Assembly: GCF_902652985.1 (NCBI RefSeq)
Contig: NC_047031.1
Location: 27,900,001-27,964,000, forward strand
Length of the DNA: 64,000 nucleotides
DNA from: Pecten maximus
Lineage: Eukaryota
Direction: 5' to 3'
In this document: piece after piece, positions 13,821-26,300 of the stretch
Numbering within the stretch: position 1 is the stretch's first letter
Layout: each line of letters begins with the position of its first letter
The notes under the pieces: generated by a model
Databases searched by the model: none
The model's input: the letters and a program-made list of their open reading frames with translations, nothing else
What the model was told of the DNA's origin: nothing
Program-made: the position numbers and the translations under genes

Positions 13821-14506
13821 ATGTGAAATATGCTGCATGCGGTCAAGTACACTATATATACTACACAGGATCAGCATCACGTTCCACATTGCGACGTGTA
13901 ATGGCCTTTGTATCCGCTAAGCTTTATACAACAAAAGCACCAACCGATATCATTTAAGTATTTCAACACCATTGCCTGACTCCGATAATACGTCTGTGAA
14001 TCACCTTTTTTTTAGAAACATCGGATACCATGTCCAGAAACATCACTAACATACTGGTATTACGGCCAATATGAAAATTGGAAACGGCAACATAACCGTA
14101 AATCTTAACAGGCTATGCGAGCGAGTCAGCCCGTCTGGGCCTTTTGTTCACATGAAACTGTGCACAGTTGATATGATAATGTAAGAAAATTAAACAATAA
14201 ATTTCCTAAGTCTACTCCAGTAAGAGGTATACCTTAAACATATGGTAAAGATTATCTGTATTGAATCTTTCGGTAGAAAATATATCAACTTGAAAAACAT
14301 TTTTGTGGTGTCGCTGTAAGAAGGCGGTATCCTTATGCGTCTCAACAATCTACCTATTAAATTGTAAGAGTGATAATCGATTCATTAATATGCGTGTAAT
14401 AATTTCCTTCAGCTAAGCGTGTCAAGCCTTGTCAGCTTACAAATCTTCGTAATTATTTCTCTTAAAATGACAACACTGGTGTCTTAGGCGATATTGTATT
14501 AGATAT

Positions 14507-14848
14507 TTTGACATATTTTTTATCATATTTATTTGATCTTTTTATTTATTTATTTTTTAAAATATGGATTCGTATATAACAAACTTGACTATTAATCAAT
14601 GATAACTTGTTAATGCACACGTCACAAAATGTTAGGATGGCGTGTTAAGTTGTTTGCGATGTGTTGGGAGTATTTGATATATTTTTATCATAATTATTTT
14701 ATTTTGTTTATTTATTTTTTAAATATGGATTCGTATATAACGAACTTGACTATTAATCAATAATAACTTGTTAAGGCACACGACACAAAATAAAAATTCT
14801 TGTATCTTTGTTAGGATGGCTTGTTAAGTTGACTGCGATGTGTTGGGA
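14507..14848. repeat. Local tandem duplication, two copies of ~170 bp
   Basis: atatggattcgtatataac(a/g)aacttgactattaatcaat...gttaggatggc(g/t)tgttaagttg...gcgatgtgttggga occurs twice in succession. Confidence 0.9.
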
Positions 14849-15309
14849 CTTGTGGTCGAGATGGTCGTCTGAACTTTACATTTGTGTAACCATCACCTGT
14901 CACCGGCTCTGAGGTCGTGATCAGCAGTTTACAGAGACCGATGACTTTAAGATGTGACTACCATGCAATACTAATGCTTCCATCTCGTAGATCACACGGT
15001 GTTATCGCATGTAGGCTACAATCAAAATATTCGGCGTCCGTGTAATGAGGTTGTGAGGCAGTTCAACATGGCGAATACCGCGATACTCCGAGCACTGACT
15101 TTTTTCGTTTCATGTAAGTATCTACACCTACATTTGATATTTATTTTCACATAGAAACACTGAAAATGATGTCGGATCAACAAAAAGCTTGATATCAATT
15201 CGGAAAATGTATACAGTGAATATTTTAAATTCATATAAATATATCCCTCTTTTAGATATTTTACAATGGTAGGTTTTCACGGTCTGTTCGCCGTTACAAT
15301 ATTTCCATT

Positions 15310-15620
15310 AAAAGATATATATATACATTTAATATAGTATAAAGTTGATATACATATATATACAATACAGTATATAGTAGATATAAATACAATATAGTTT
15401 ATAGTTGATATGCATGCAATATAGTATATAGTATATATATATTATACAATACAGGATTTAGTAGATATATATACAATATAGTATATAGTATAGATATATT
15501 ATACGGCATATATAGTAGATATATATACAATATTGTATATAGTAGATATATACATACGCTATAATATATAATATATATATTTATGCAATATCTTAGATAT
15601 ATATATATATAATGTAGTAT
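15310..15620. repeat. AT-rich low-complexity (tata/atag) tract
   Basis: Degenerate tacaatatagtatatagtagatata repeats. Confidence 0.8.
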
Positions 15621-15748
15621 AAATAATACATCTCCCTATATAGCAAGCCAAAATGTAAAGATCATGTAGAGGAGTATAGTATAACGAGCTATTTAGTATA
15701 CTCTCTTTATTGTGTGTTTTCTTTTGTAGTATTACCGTCACACCTATC

Positions 15749-15865
15749 ATTTCTTCACGTGAATTTCACGTGAAATTCACGTGAAATTCATGTGAAAAAT
15801 TTCACGTGAATTTCACTTTTTTGCCCTTTTCACGTGAATTTCACGTGAAATTCACGTGAAGAAAT
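15749..15865. repeat. 38-bp inverted repeat built from tandem TTCACGTGAA units (7 CACGTG E-boxes)
   Basis: atttcttcacgtgaatttcacgtgaaattcacgtgaaa and its reverse complement flank a short spacer. CACGTG at ~15756, 15767, 15778, 15803, 15831, 15842 and 15853. Confidence 0.9.
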
Positions 15866-16652
15866 ATTGCCTGTGTAGTATTACTGTTACATGTAATAAT
15901 GCTGTGACTTTAAACGTTTTAACTGCAGGTGATTGTTAATGGAAATAGTATGTTCACATTTATACACGTACGTACGCTTGCAATATTACAGAAGACCTGT
16001 ACTGTCTCATACATTTTAATTAAGTGCAATTAATGAATGACAAGGAAAAATTTCCTACGGCTGTAAATGTCCAATACACATCATGGTATATATTCCAACC
16101 TGGTGAGCAGCTTATTTTAAAATTTTATCAATTAAGGATCTTATATGAGTTGCTATGTACATTGTAGTAAGAAATTTACTAAAAGATTTCAATGATTTTA
16201 ATTGTCGTGGAAACATAAATTATTAATTTAGTCTTCTGAAAACCGTTTTACATTGTACGTAGCCACGATTAAGACTCTGTTAATTCGCCGACTTCTATAA
16301 GCTAATGAAAAAAACAAATAAAGTTACTAGCTTCCAATTTACCCCCCTTCTCATTGGCTAATATATGGTCACGTGGAGGTTAATATTTTTGTGATATTAA
16401 CCAGATGAATCTATTTTTAGAAATATCGAGTCAATATTGCGTTTGCGCGTCATAATTTCTGTGACACCACAATCAATGGTCATGTGTAAACCTGTTATCG
16501 TTAGGAATATATTGGTATTCTTTCTTGCAAACCAGTTTCATAATATAATAATCGAGAACTGATAGAACCTAGATATTGTTCTGTTCTCTGTCATTTTCGA
16601 CTCGCATCGACTGTCAAGTTATCGCTAAAACGAAACGAAGTGAAGTAACTCT

Positions 16653-19600
16653 ATGACAGAATGGTTTTATGTGAACACCGTCGTTATACCGTTGTGAGAG
16701 GCTAGTCTACCTAATTATCTAATGATGTAAACATACATGTAGCTTGTAAATTGTGAAACTTTTATTTATTTCAGGTATTAGTGTCAGTGCTGTGGCGGTC
16801 GTAACTAAACCTGAAGGTATTCTATTTTATAAAATCTTTATTCGAACTGATATTTTTTTCTGATTTCTGAATTCGAACTAGTACTTCCTTGTTTTCATTA
16901 ATGCTCATCCTGTTTTTCAGTTGCCGATATCGCTCCATTAGACTCCACAAAAACGAACCTCAATAAAGGTATGTTGTTTTGCTTTATTGCTATTCCAAAG
17001 ACCCGTAACAGCTAAGTCGGCGAGAGCGTTGGTCACGTTACCTCAGGCGAAGACTCGAGGTGCATGGTTTGACGCTCCTAACCCGTGTTGGTCTGTGTTT
17101 CCCTGGAAGATAAGAAACGGGCCGATCTGTGCTGTCGTAGTTATGTACTAGGGAAAACACTTTACCCTCTGGATGGCTGGCAGGTGACGGGCATCCCGAC
17201 TGTTTTTCAATGTGGTAGTCACCAACTACAACAATGAGACCCTGCCATACAATGACTTTGGCTGTTCAATGGGCGATATCTAACCCAGCAAACATCCCAA
17301 GGTTATTGTAGTATATTGTCTGTAGAATTTCATTGGTATATATAAGTGATGGTTATGACATTTAACATACATTATTGATTATATTAAAGAATTTCTAAAT
17401 TAAGTCTATTTGCTTTAATTTTGTTGTACTTCGTTTTCAATAAGAACGAGCATTCTATTTCATTTCCGTTGAAGTACATATTTAAGTGTCAATCTTTTTT
17501 TCCATTGGGAGCATTCCCCTTGGATTGCGTTTACTCGAGTTTTAGTAAATTATTTTCAACGACAAGAAGTGACATCAATACATCATTGAACTAATCTGTT
17601 TAAATATGTTTTTTAAGTTTGAATGAAAAGGAATAGAAACATCAACAAGCATACAATTCTTTCTGGTTTCTAATAAGTATTTTCATTGGCTTTAAATGTG
17701 ACGTCAACGTTTGTTTCGTCACTTTTGATTGGCTGCTACAGCGGCATGATATATTTTTAGAGAAAATAGTTGGGCAATAAATGTAGATTTCCACAAGGAT
17801 TGTGTATACTAGTAGTAGATTAAATCAACTTAAATGTAAGTTTTTATGTTATGGTATTATTTAACCAAACATCAGAGTGTACTCTCACCAACCAATTGAT
17901 TTAGTGTACACTCCGTTTTTTTTTTTTTTGTTTTGTTTTTTTTTCTTACATAAACAAATACATATTCAAGCTAAGTCTTAAATTCTTGCACAGGTCGTAA
18001 TCGTTGTGACGGCATATCTGTTCGCCAAATAGCTTAGATACCAACATGTTGAAATAAACAGCAATACATGGAATGATTTTGATATAGATAGGCATATATA
18101 GATATATAGATAAAAAGAAATGTATGAGTGTTTGACGATTAATTTCTACTAGGAATTGCTGAAACGAAACCGGAAGTTGCCAGCTTTACCATGATGGAGC
18201 GAATGATGAAGTCGTTAAAGCAGAAATCAGAGGGACCGAATGGTTTGTCAGAATTTCCACCCCTACTGACCGAATTAATGATGGGACTAGTCACTGGCGG
18301 TAGACACCGTAAGTATAACCTCGGACTAGTCACTGGCGATAGACACCGTAAGTTTAACCTCGGACCTCCTCAACGGTATTAATGATGGGACTAGTCTCTG
18401 GCGGTAGACACCGTAAGTATAACCCCGGACTAGCCACTGGCGGTAGACACCGTAAGTATAACCTCGGACGTTCTCAACGGTATGCCAACTGCTCTGACAC
18501 AGCATACAATTATGATCTATTTCGGGGATCGACATAGGTTTCATGTGTAAAGTACGTTATGAAACACTTGGAATAAAATGTATTATTATATTACGTAACA
18601 TGATCGAAGCATATAACCCTTTTTGATATTGAGATATAATGTTGTATATGTATAGATATATATTGAAACAGCAATGTCAGACGTCCATCCTATGTCAAAG
18701 ACGACGGGGATCCGTGACGGGAAATCACCATCGGTAAAGTCTACACATCTAGACCTAGAACAGTATGAACCTCCCTCTGGTAAAGGAAAGTCATCGAAGG
18801 GTAAGTATCAAGTCGATACATGTCGCCGGGTTTTCTTTATCACAATGAAATATTGTTTTATTGTCTTAGATACCTTGTCGGTGGTGAACTTCTAATGGCG
18901 AGATTAATAATTTATACCTTTGGGATGTGGCAGAGAAATCTCCATCTCTGGGGATAATGTTCTTGATGGAATAACAAAAGACTCTCTGCCGACATAAAAA
19001 CGCGAAACTCGCAGTGTCTTGAAACCTTCAGTAGAATTAGTAGTGACGTTTTTGTATACTGTACTTCAATGATAGCTATTTAGATATTTTGTTTCAATCT
19101 TATTTGAAGGACGATTGACTGCAGAGAGTTCAATATCTGATATCATGGCACACTTGTCTGACATTCCAAACCTTGGAACTTCTACCTCATCACAAGGTAT
19201 GTATACTCTTTGCTGATATTTGATACGCTGATGTGTAAATAACGTTTTTATTATACTGTGTTTAACGAACACTTTACATTAACATTTATATTTAACATTC
19301 ATGAGGCTGACGAAGGTTATACTTTCGTAAAAGTTGGTTAAAACTTTTCTTGTATTTTAGTTCTGCCAGTCTGATGAAAAATGATTTTATCGGAATTTTG
19401 TTGTTTAACCGTGATTAGTCTAATAATCTTTTGAACAACTGCATGGGCCCTGATCTTGTTATCGCCAACACCAAAATAGCTTAACAACCAATATTCTTTA
19501 ACCAAAACTTTCCAAACTATGGCATTGGTGAGACATGTGAGCCTGAGTAATAACGTATCTTTATTTACTCTTAACGTCTGTGTACCTTCTTTGATTACAG

Positions 19601-21866
19601 ATAAAACTGAGTACGGGAAACCTGTATCCGGAGGCTTTGATACACCAAACACGTCGAAGTCATATCTAAGTAAGTCCGTTTTCCTGCTCCTGGTTTACTT
19701 CCATTTTCAATATTTGAAGTGAATACTAGGATTAGTAATGATTTCTGTAAAAATGCTTTATTTACTAAAATTTTAGAGAAATACCACATTTGGCGCGCCA
19801 AAGTTATTTTTCGGTATAAAGTGTGTATAGAATGTGACATTAGCGCAATGTTTTAAGCCCGTTAAAATAGACAAGATAAAACTGAAAACTATTGCCGTTA
19901 AGTTTGTGGTTTAAAATAAACAGCGACAAACATGCCATGTACATATGTAAAGGTCCTTACAAATGTATCAAGCCAAAGACTTCAGTAACATTTAGTTAAC
20001 GATATTATCATGCACAATGTGTGCGGTTAAATTTACGTTCTATGCGTAAATGTTTTAGCATTCTAAACGCTCTGCTATCATTCCGTGAAATTGAGATTGC
20101 TTTAGGTAGTTAATGCTGTTTCATAAAATAACATGTTGAGGGCGATTTCGGTTAGTCTGTATTTACAATATATCTTTTACGGTCAATAACCACACTCACC
20201 CTGTTTAAATATGCTTATAAAAGTGGAGTAATATTTTCAGGTATGAAACTTAAAGCTGCTGAAGATTTATTGAAGACATCTATGATAACTCTAACAGCAG
20301 CGAACGACATCATTAATACATTAGTAACTGGTGCCAGCGATCTGGATAATGTAAAAGGAACAACTACACCAGTGACTATGATAGGAAACGGCCATGAACC
20401 ATCCGGAGGGAGTCACCGAGATCATATTTCAGGGAATAGTCTGGGCGATAATTACAAACCTACAAACGGACTAAATGGAGCATTCTACTCAGATCATGAT
20501 CCGAACACTGAAACGAAAATAGACAAGACTTCAACTGGATCTCGTCGAACAGGAAGTATAGTAGACAATAGAGACTTAACGCCATTTGAGAGTATATTTG
20601 GAGAGATTGTTCCAGTACCGGAACGCGGTCAGATTCAGACCCCTATAACCAAAAGACATCTCGGTGAAAAGGACTTTGTGAAGTCGGGTAAAAATTCCTT
20701 ACAACCAAACACCAAGGACAAAGACATATTTTCTCATCCCGTGGACTTTCCTCACCAAGCGGAGCCATATCCACATCTAACAGGAAACGGTAAATCGCCG
20801 GGTATGATGCCACCTCCACCACCAATTGACATGCGTGCTTTTCCAGGGTCGATGATGTCACAGTTTGAATCACCTGTACCCCCGCAACATTCAAGTATGC
20901 GCTAATATTTGTTTTAACAATCACTTAATGAGCGATTCGGCTAAAAAATCCAGCACTATAAAATGACTAAATTTTCGTACTCATTATTCTGCTCTAAAGA
21001 CTTTATTTTCTAATGACTCTGCGCATCTTTTTTTCTAGAGGATTCTACTAATCCCGAAAAATCCATTTTTTTTACAAATAAATTTACAGGGAACTGGAAC
21101 TTCATGAACAAAATATATTATCCAATAAAATCAGGGAAAACATTTAACATTAAATGTTTAACAGTAATGTAAAGCCCTGTTGGGCATAATATGATCACGT
21201 CAAGATTTCGCCCTCTTCAACACTCTAATCATATTTTTTTTATATACATTGTCTGGTAATTGTACATGTATATGATGTTTTAAGTGCCGATGGGAGGACC
21301 AAACCCGGGCTTCAATCCAGGACAATTCGCCGGCGGGCCAGGACCTGCACTAAATCGGGGATTTATGTCTCAAGGAGGTCCTAGAGGTTTCATGACCGGG
21401 TAAGTTCGATATAAGGATAGTTCATGCCAGCACCACATTTCAAAAACTGTTACTAGTATCCTTATATCCCGAAACAACAGCAGATTTGGACTTAACTCGT
21501 GTTTTGTAGTTAAGTCTTTTCGTAATGCAAAGTTATCTGCTTTTGTTAGCAGATATTGATTCCTACGTCATTAATTTGTGAGAGTAACGTCATGGATATT
21601 GTTAGAAAATTATGTAATTTTGCACGCAAACTAATGACGTAACAATCAACCCCTGCTGACAAGAGCAGATTATACTGCACTTGGAAAAGACGTGATATAT
21701 AGGTGTATATAGTTATAAAAAAAGTATGACTCGGGTAGTATATTACGGACTCAATCGGTCAGGTTGGATTAATGAAATATTACAAGAAAATGTTGGCCTT
21801 AATATCATTTGAAAAGAAAAAGATTCGTAATAACTAAATACATGTTTGTATTATTTTTGTAGATGA
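16653..21866 (+). CDS. Uncharacterised low-complexity, probably secreted protein (~445 aa) with Pro/Met/Gly-rich C-terminus; first exon uncertain
   Basis: Phase-consistent exons: 16775 (or 16782)-16816, 16921-16968, 18153-18308, 18672-18800, 19110-19196, 19601-19669, 20241-20894, 21285-21399, 21863-21866 (TGA). Candidate first exon 16653-16693 spliced to 16782 gives MTEWFYVNTVVIPFVSAVAVV. C-terminus GMMPPPPPIDM...MPMGGPNPGFNPGQFAGGPGPALNRGFMSQGGPRGFMTG. AATAAA at ~22150. Confidence 0.75.
17000..17295 (+). mobile_element. Degenerate tRNA-derived SINE
   Basis: A-box-like agctaagtcgg and B-box-like ggtttgacgc. The 3' end aatgactttggctgttcaatgggcga resembles the 3' end of the 6175-6706 element. 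Confidence 0.55.
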
Positions 21867-23338
21867 AGTGTCATACCGGGAAGAATGCTTTAGGACATCC
21901 ATCATTGAACTCGACCATATGTATTTCAAATGATAAACCGATCGTGCCAGAAAACATTATTTGAATTTTTTGATACTCTTATCTAACGGAGAAATATTTT
22001 GAAAATATCCATACATAATGTTGATTCTATTTGCGAGCAATATACTTTTTCATATTCATTATTGTAAGGTTTCCAAACGACTGACTCTTCTCTTTAAACA
22101 TCCATGTGTCATTGATTTGTTGCTGTTCATATTAATGTACTTCCGGTAAAATAAATGTACTTCTGGTAAAACGTACCCAAGACGAGCATTTAAACATACT
22201 CTTGAGATTTCGAAGTGTTTGTCAGCTTTAGACAAATTTTGTAGGAATATATAATTAACAGTGGTATTAGTAAGTGAATTTCAATCACTATAAGTATAAT
22301 GGTGGTTTATGCTCTCATATCAACCACAAGTATTTAACGGCTCGTTTCAACCACGACCAAATTTAAAAATACATCTGAATGCATGAAATATCATTGTACA
22401 TACTATTTAGTAATAAATAACTTTGTGTTAATCATGGAATAATGAAATAGAATTGATTCCAATGTATGATTTGCTTGCATTCATTTATTAATTGACAGAA
22501 AGCACTATTATTATCATTTCGAATTATAACTCATAATCTCTGCTATACCTGGTTGTTTCAAGATGTCGGAATCTTTAAGTGAAAACTTATGAACCTTCCG
22601 TCCATCTTCAGTTATGCTGTAACCAACGAGGACATGTGTTATTTATGTTTGAAGATTTGTATATATACAATTGAAAATATTAAAATGTTCCATCTCAAAG
22701 TAATCATAGGAACAGGTGATAATTAACAGCTAAACTATACTATGCATGTACTATACGTAACACAACTATACGCGAGAACTTCCAACAAGTAAATTTGTGT
22801 CTCCAGCTTATGGCTGACACGTCATTTAACATTATAACTAATGATAGTGTTCGAATGCACAACAAAATTCGAGTATGAACGTATAGCCCAGATTGTGTAG
22901 TTTTATTGGTAAACTCGTGATGTTGCGAGCTTCCTCGACACATTTATATGCAACTCATGTGCATATTTACATAGGTGAGATACATATATTCATTTTCTTC
23001 CTGATGAATTAAAGATAAACGCTCATGAGGGGAATGCTGGATAACTTATCCTCGGCGCATCATCGACCTCGGCATTAAACGGTCTAACCCCAGGGTTAAC
23101 GTAAGTGTATAATATACCAGTATTAAGGAGAAGTGTCGCTATTTATGTCTTAATTGAAGCAATTAAATTATGACGAAGCTATATGATCATACAAACATGA
23201 TAAACAATATACATAACTGTTTATTGTGGTTATTAATTCTACAGGGACAATGAACAGTAAGGCTAAATATAAATAAAGGCATTGAAACTTAATGATGATT
23301 TGTCGTCTGGATTCAATCACAAGCTTTCAGTAACACAA

Positions 23339-26300
23339 TCAATGCATAGGACCTGAGCGACCTGTAAGGTAAATAAAACAGTGATAAGACCAGGCGATGT
23401 TCCAAACTTATAATACATGTAGCTGACATTTAAAATCTCTGTTTAAACATTATTGGTATGACTGGGTTGGTGAGGGTATAAGCTTGATGAATAAACATAA
23501 ACGCAATGCGAATAAAACGAAGATATTTCCTGGAATAAGCCACATAGTAATATATATATATATATATTCGATTAGAGGCAAAACTTAAAAAGGCAGTCAT
23601 TGATCCAACTTCATGAGTTCAAAATGTGATATCTCATTACATCAGATTTTCTAAAATTTTGTGATAATGACAAGATTATTACATTAATATGACATGAATG
23701 TATTTTTTTATCGCCACGTTATCAAGTTATAATTTAATTTAGTATGAAACACGCATTTTCATTGGCTGAAATAATGTTGTTATACCTCCATAACATTTTT
23801 GACGTTGCGAAATGCAACGTCATTTTTGATTGGCTTATGGCGTTGCGTAATAATTTATCACAGAAAAGAGTTCGCCAAAGAAAGTGAAATATCTTGGTGT
23901 GTATAAGACGAAATTAAATTATAAGAACTAACATTAATTATTTTTTCTGTTATACAGTCATAACATAAAAAACTGGAGTGTACTCTCTTCATAAACCGCT
24001 TCAGTACACTCCAGTTTTTTTCTGTTATGACTGTATAACAGAAAAAATAATTGATCCTTAAATACATTGAAAGCACAACAGATTAAAATATACGTTGTAA
24101 ATATGTTCATAGTGGAACATTTTACAGTATTAAAGCTTAAGACCATTGTACTTACAGCGACATTGCCGACAGTGTGCCACGTCATAGACTATACAGGACG
24201 GATGACAATCCGGGGGGAGGGGGCGGCACTGACCTGTGGATATAATACAGGTTCATCGTAAACTTTAAAAAAAACTTAATATCCTCAACAGTTAAAAAGG
24301 TAAAATGGTCATTAGAAAATTGGAGAAGCTAAAATCAAAACACAGCTATCATAAGCACTGGTCATGTTTTTCATTAAGTTGAAAAGCATTAATGTCCAGC
24401 ATAATACAAGAACGTAGACTTAGAAGTAATCGATTGAAAAATCGTCCAACCGCGCAATTACGCGACCCACCATTAACATCACGGGGCCACGACAGTATAA
24501 ACGTACTGATCATGTGTACACAAGCTTTCAGATTTACCTTAATTTGAAAATGATATGGAAGGGGCGTAACTCCCGTAACAATTGAGGATAAGTAAAGGTG
24601 AACCACTTGATAGGATTTTTTTTTTAAATCCGCTTTAAATTGTAGACATTTTCCTTTCTACCTATGGACGAATAGACATCCTTATTTCTGTAAGCTAACA
24701 ACTTCCTCCGGGGGTAAAATGAATAGAAATAAAGCAAAAAATTCAGCTAGAAAACTTCTGTATGATGACATTATTAAGCATTCATAGTAAATAAACTCAC
24801 TTCCTCCGCCACTGCCACCACCGACAGACATGCCTCCGGAACCACCCATAAAACCTCCACTGCCTCCCATTGTTCCACCGGACGCATTACTGCCGATAGA
24901 AGAACCACTGGAGACAGCCCCACCACTGCCACCTCCTGAGGTTGCACCACCTACTTGTGACGTCACTACCACCTGTGCCTGATGGCCACCTTAAAATGTG
25001 AATTTTACAGAACACCTGGTTACATACAGTTAACATACACTTATGTTCGCGCCGATGACCTTTAAGATGTTGTTACGCTAATTCATCAATACGCCAATCT
25101 ATTCAAATTTGATTATACGCTAAATTTTGAGTGCGCAAAAACAAGTTCGTTTGAAGTATCTACATTGAATCTAGATACAGTAAAATCCCATTATCTTGAT
25201 CTTTGATTATTCGAAGACGTTACTTATTTCGATGAAAAAGCTATAAATCAAATATCAAATATGCTGTTATCCTGTGTACTCGGGATATCTCGAAGGTTTT
25301 TTCATAACTCAACTTTAGATATAAAACATGTCGTTACATTGAGTACTCGGATTATCTCGAAGTTATTTCAATAACTGTACACTTGTATTTTATATAGATA
25401 AGTATGATGCGGAGTGTTTCTCTTGCATGATGATTATTCTTTCTTTTCCTATTTTGTCAAAACAAGTGTACATTTCTCTACTATCGGGTAAAAGATTTAT
25501 ACCTGTATCGCATTCGTGGCAGTGTTCTGTAGAGCTGGTTTGTACCTGGACAGCTTGTACTGTGTGGTGATTCTCTGTACATTCATGACAAGCTGTCAAA
25601 CAGAAACATTTTTTTTTTAATTTGAGAACATAAAATCATGATAGATTATAACACTGATTCGTCTTTCCTGTTAACTGTTAATTTAATGTGTCTATTACTC
25701 GGTCTTTATTGAATGTTGCCGTTGTATTACACATTTACTCATTTGCACACATGTTTAAACATGTGAACATTTAAGAACGCCTTACTTTCCTTTTCCACAC
25801 ATGAACACGTAGGACATCCATCTGGACCCGCGCTGCCCATGTGATAACCGTGTGTACATGACGTCATACACTTTTCCGTTTGTGGACACTTCTTCAAAAT
25901 GGCGACAACGGCAGCTTGGTTCGGTTTAGGGGTAGGTGTTGGCTGTACACACTCGTGACATTCTGGTAAAAACAATGTTGCAGAATTTCAAAAAGTGGCT
26001 GTATATATCAACAGCTACTCACGGATTATTACAACGAACTGGATATTGGCTTCGAAGTTATTTTGGATACCGAACTTTACGACTTTGTATATGCAAAGTT
26101 CGACACGAAAACTACAGATAAAACATGTCTATATTGTTAAATAGTAAAGTTTAAAATGCAACAAACAAAACGCAGAATTATAAACATGTATACAGAAGAT
26201 GGTAGCAGGCCGGCACAGCAGAACAAATAACCACACAAACTAAAGCGAAAAGCATCCAAACAAAAAGAAAGTTAAACTTTCGGTAGCTTGATATGTGACC

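Noticed and set aside
13861-15878. Single 2-kb DNA transposon bounded by ctacacagg/cctgtgtag with TA flanks
   Set aside because: The terminal match is only ~9 bp, there is no transposase, and the interior is heterogeneous; it may be chance.
19305-19340. ctgacgaaggttatactttcgtaaaag as a solitary hammerhead
   Set aside because: The GAAA core and stems I/III cannot be formed convincingly.
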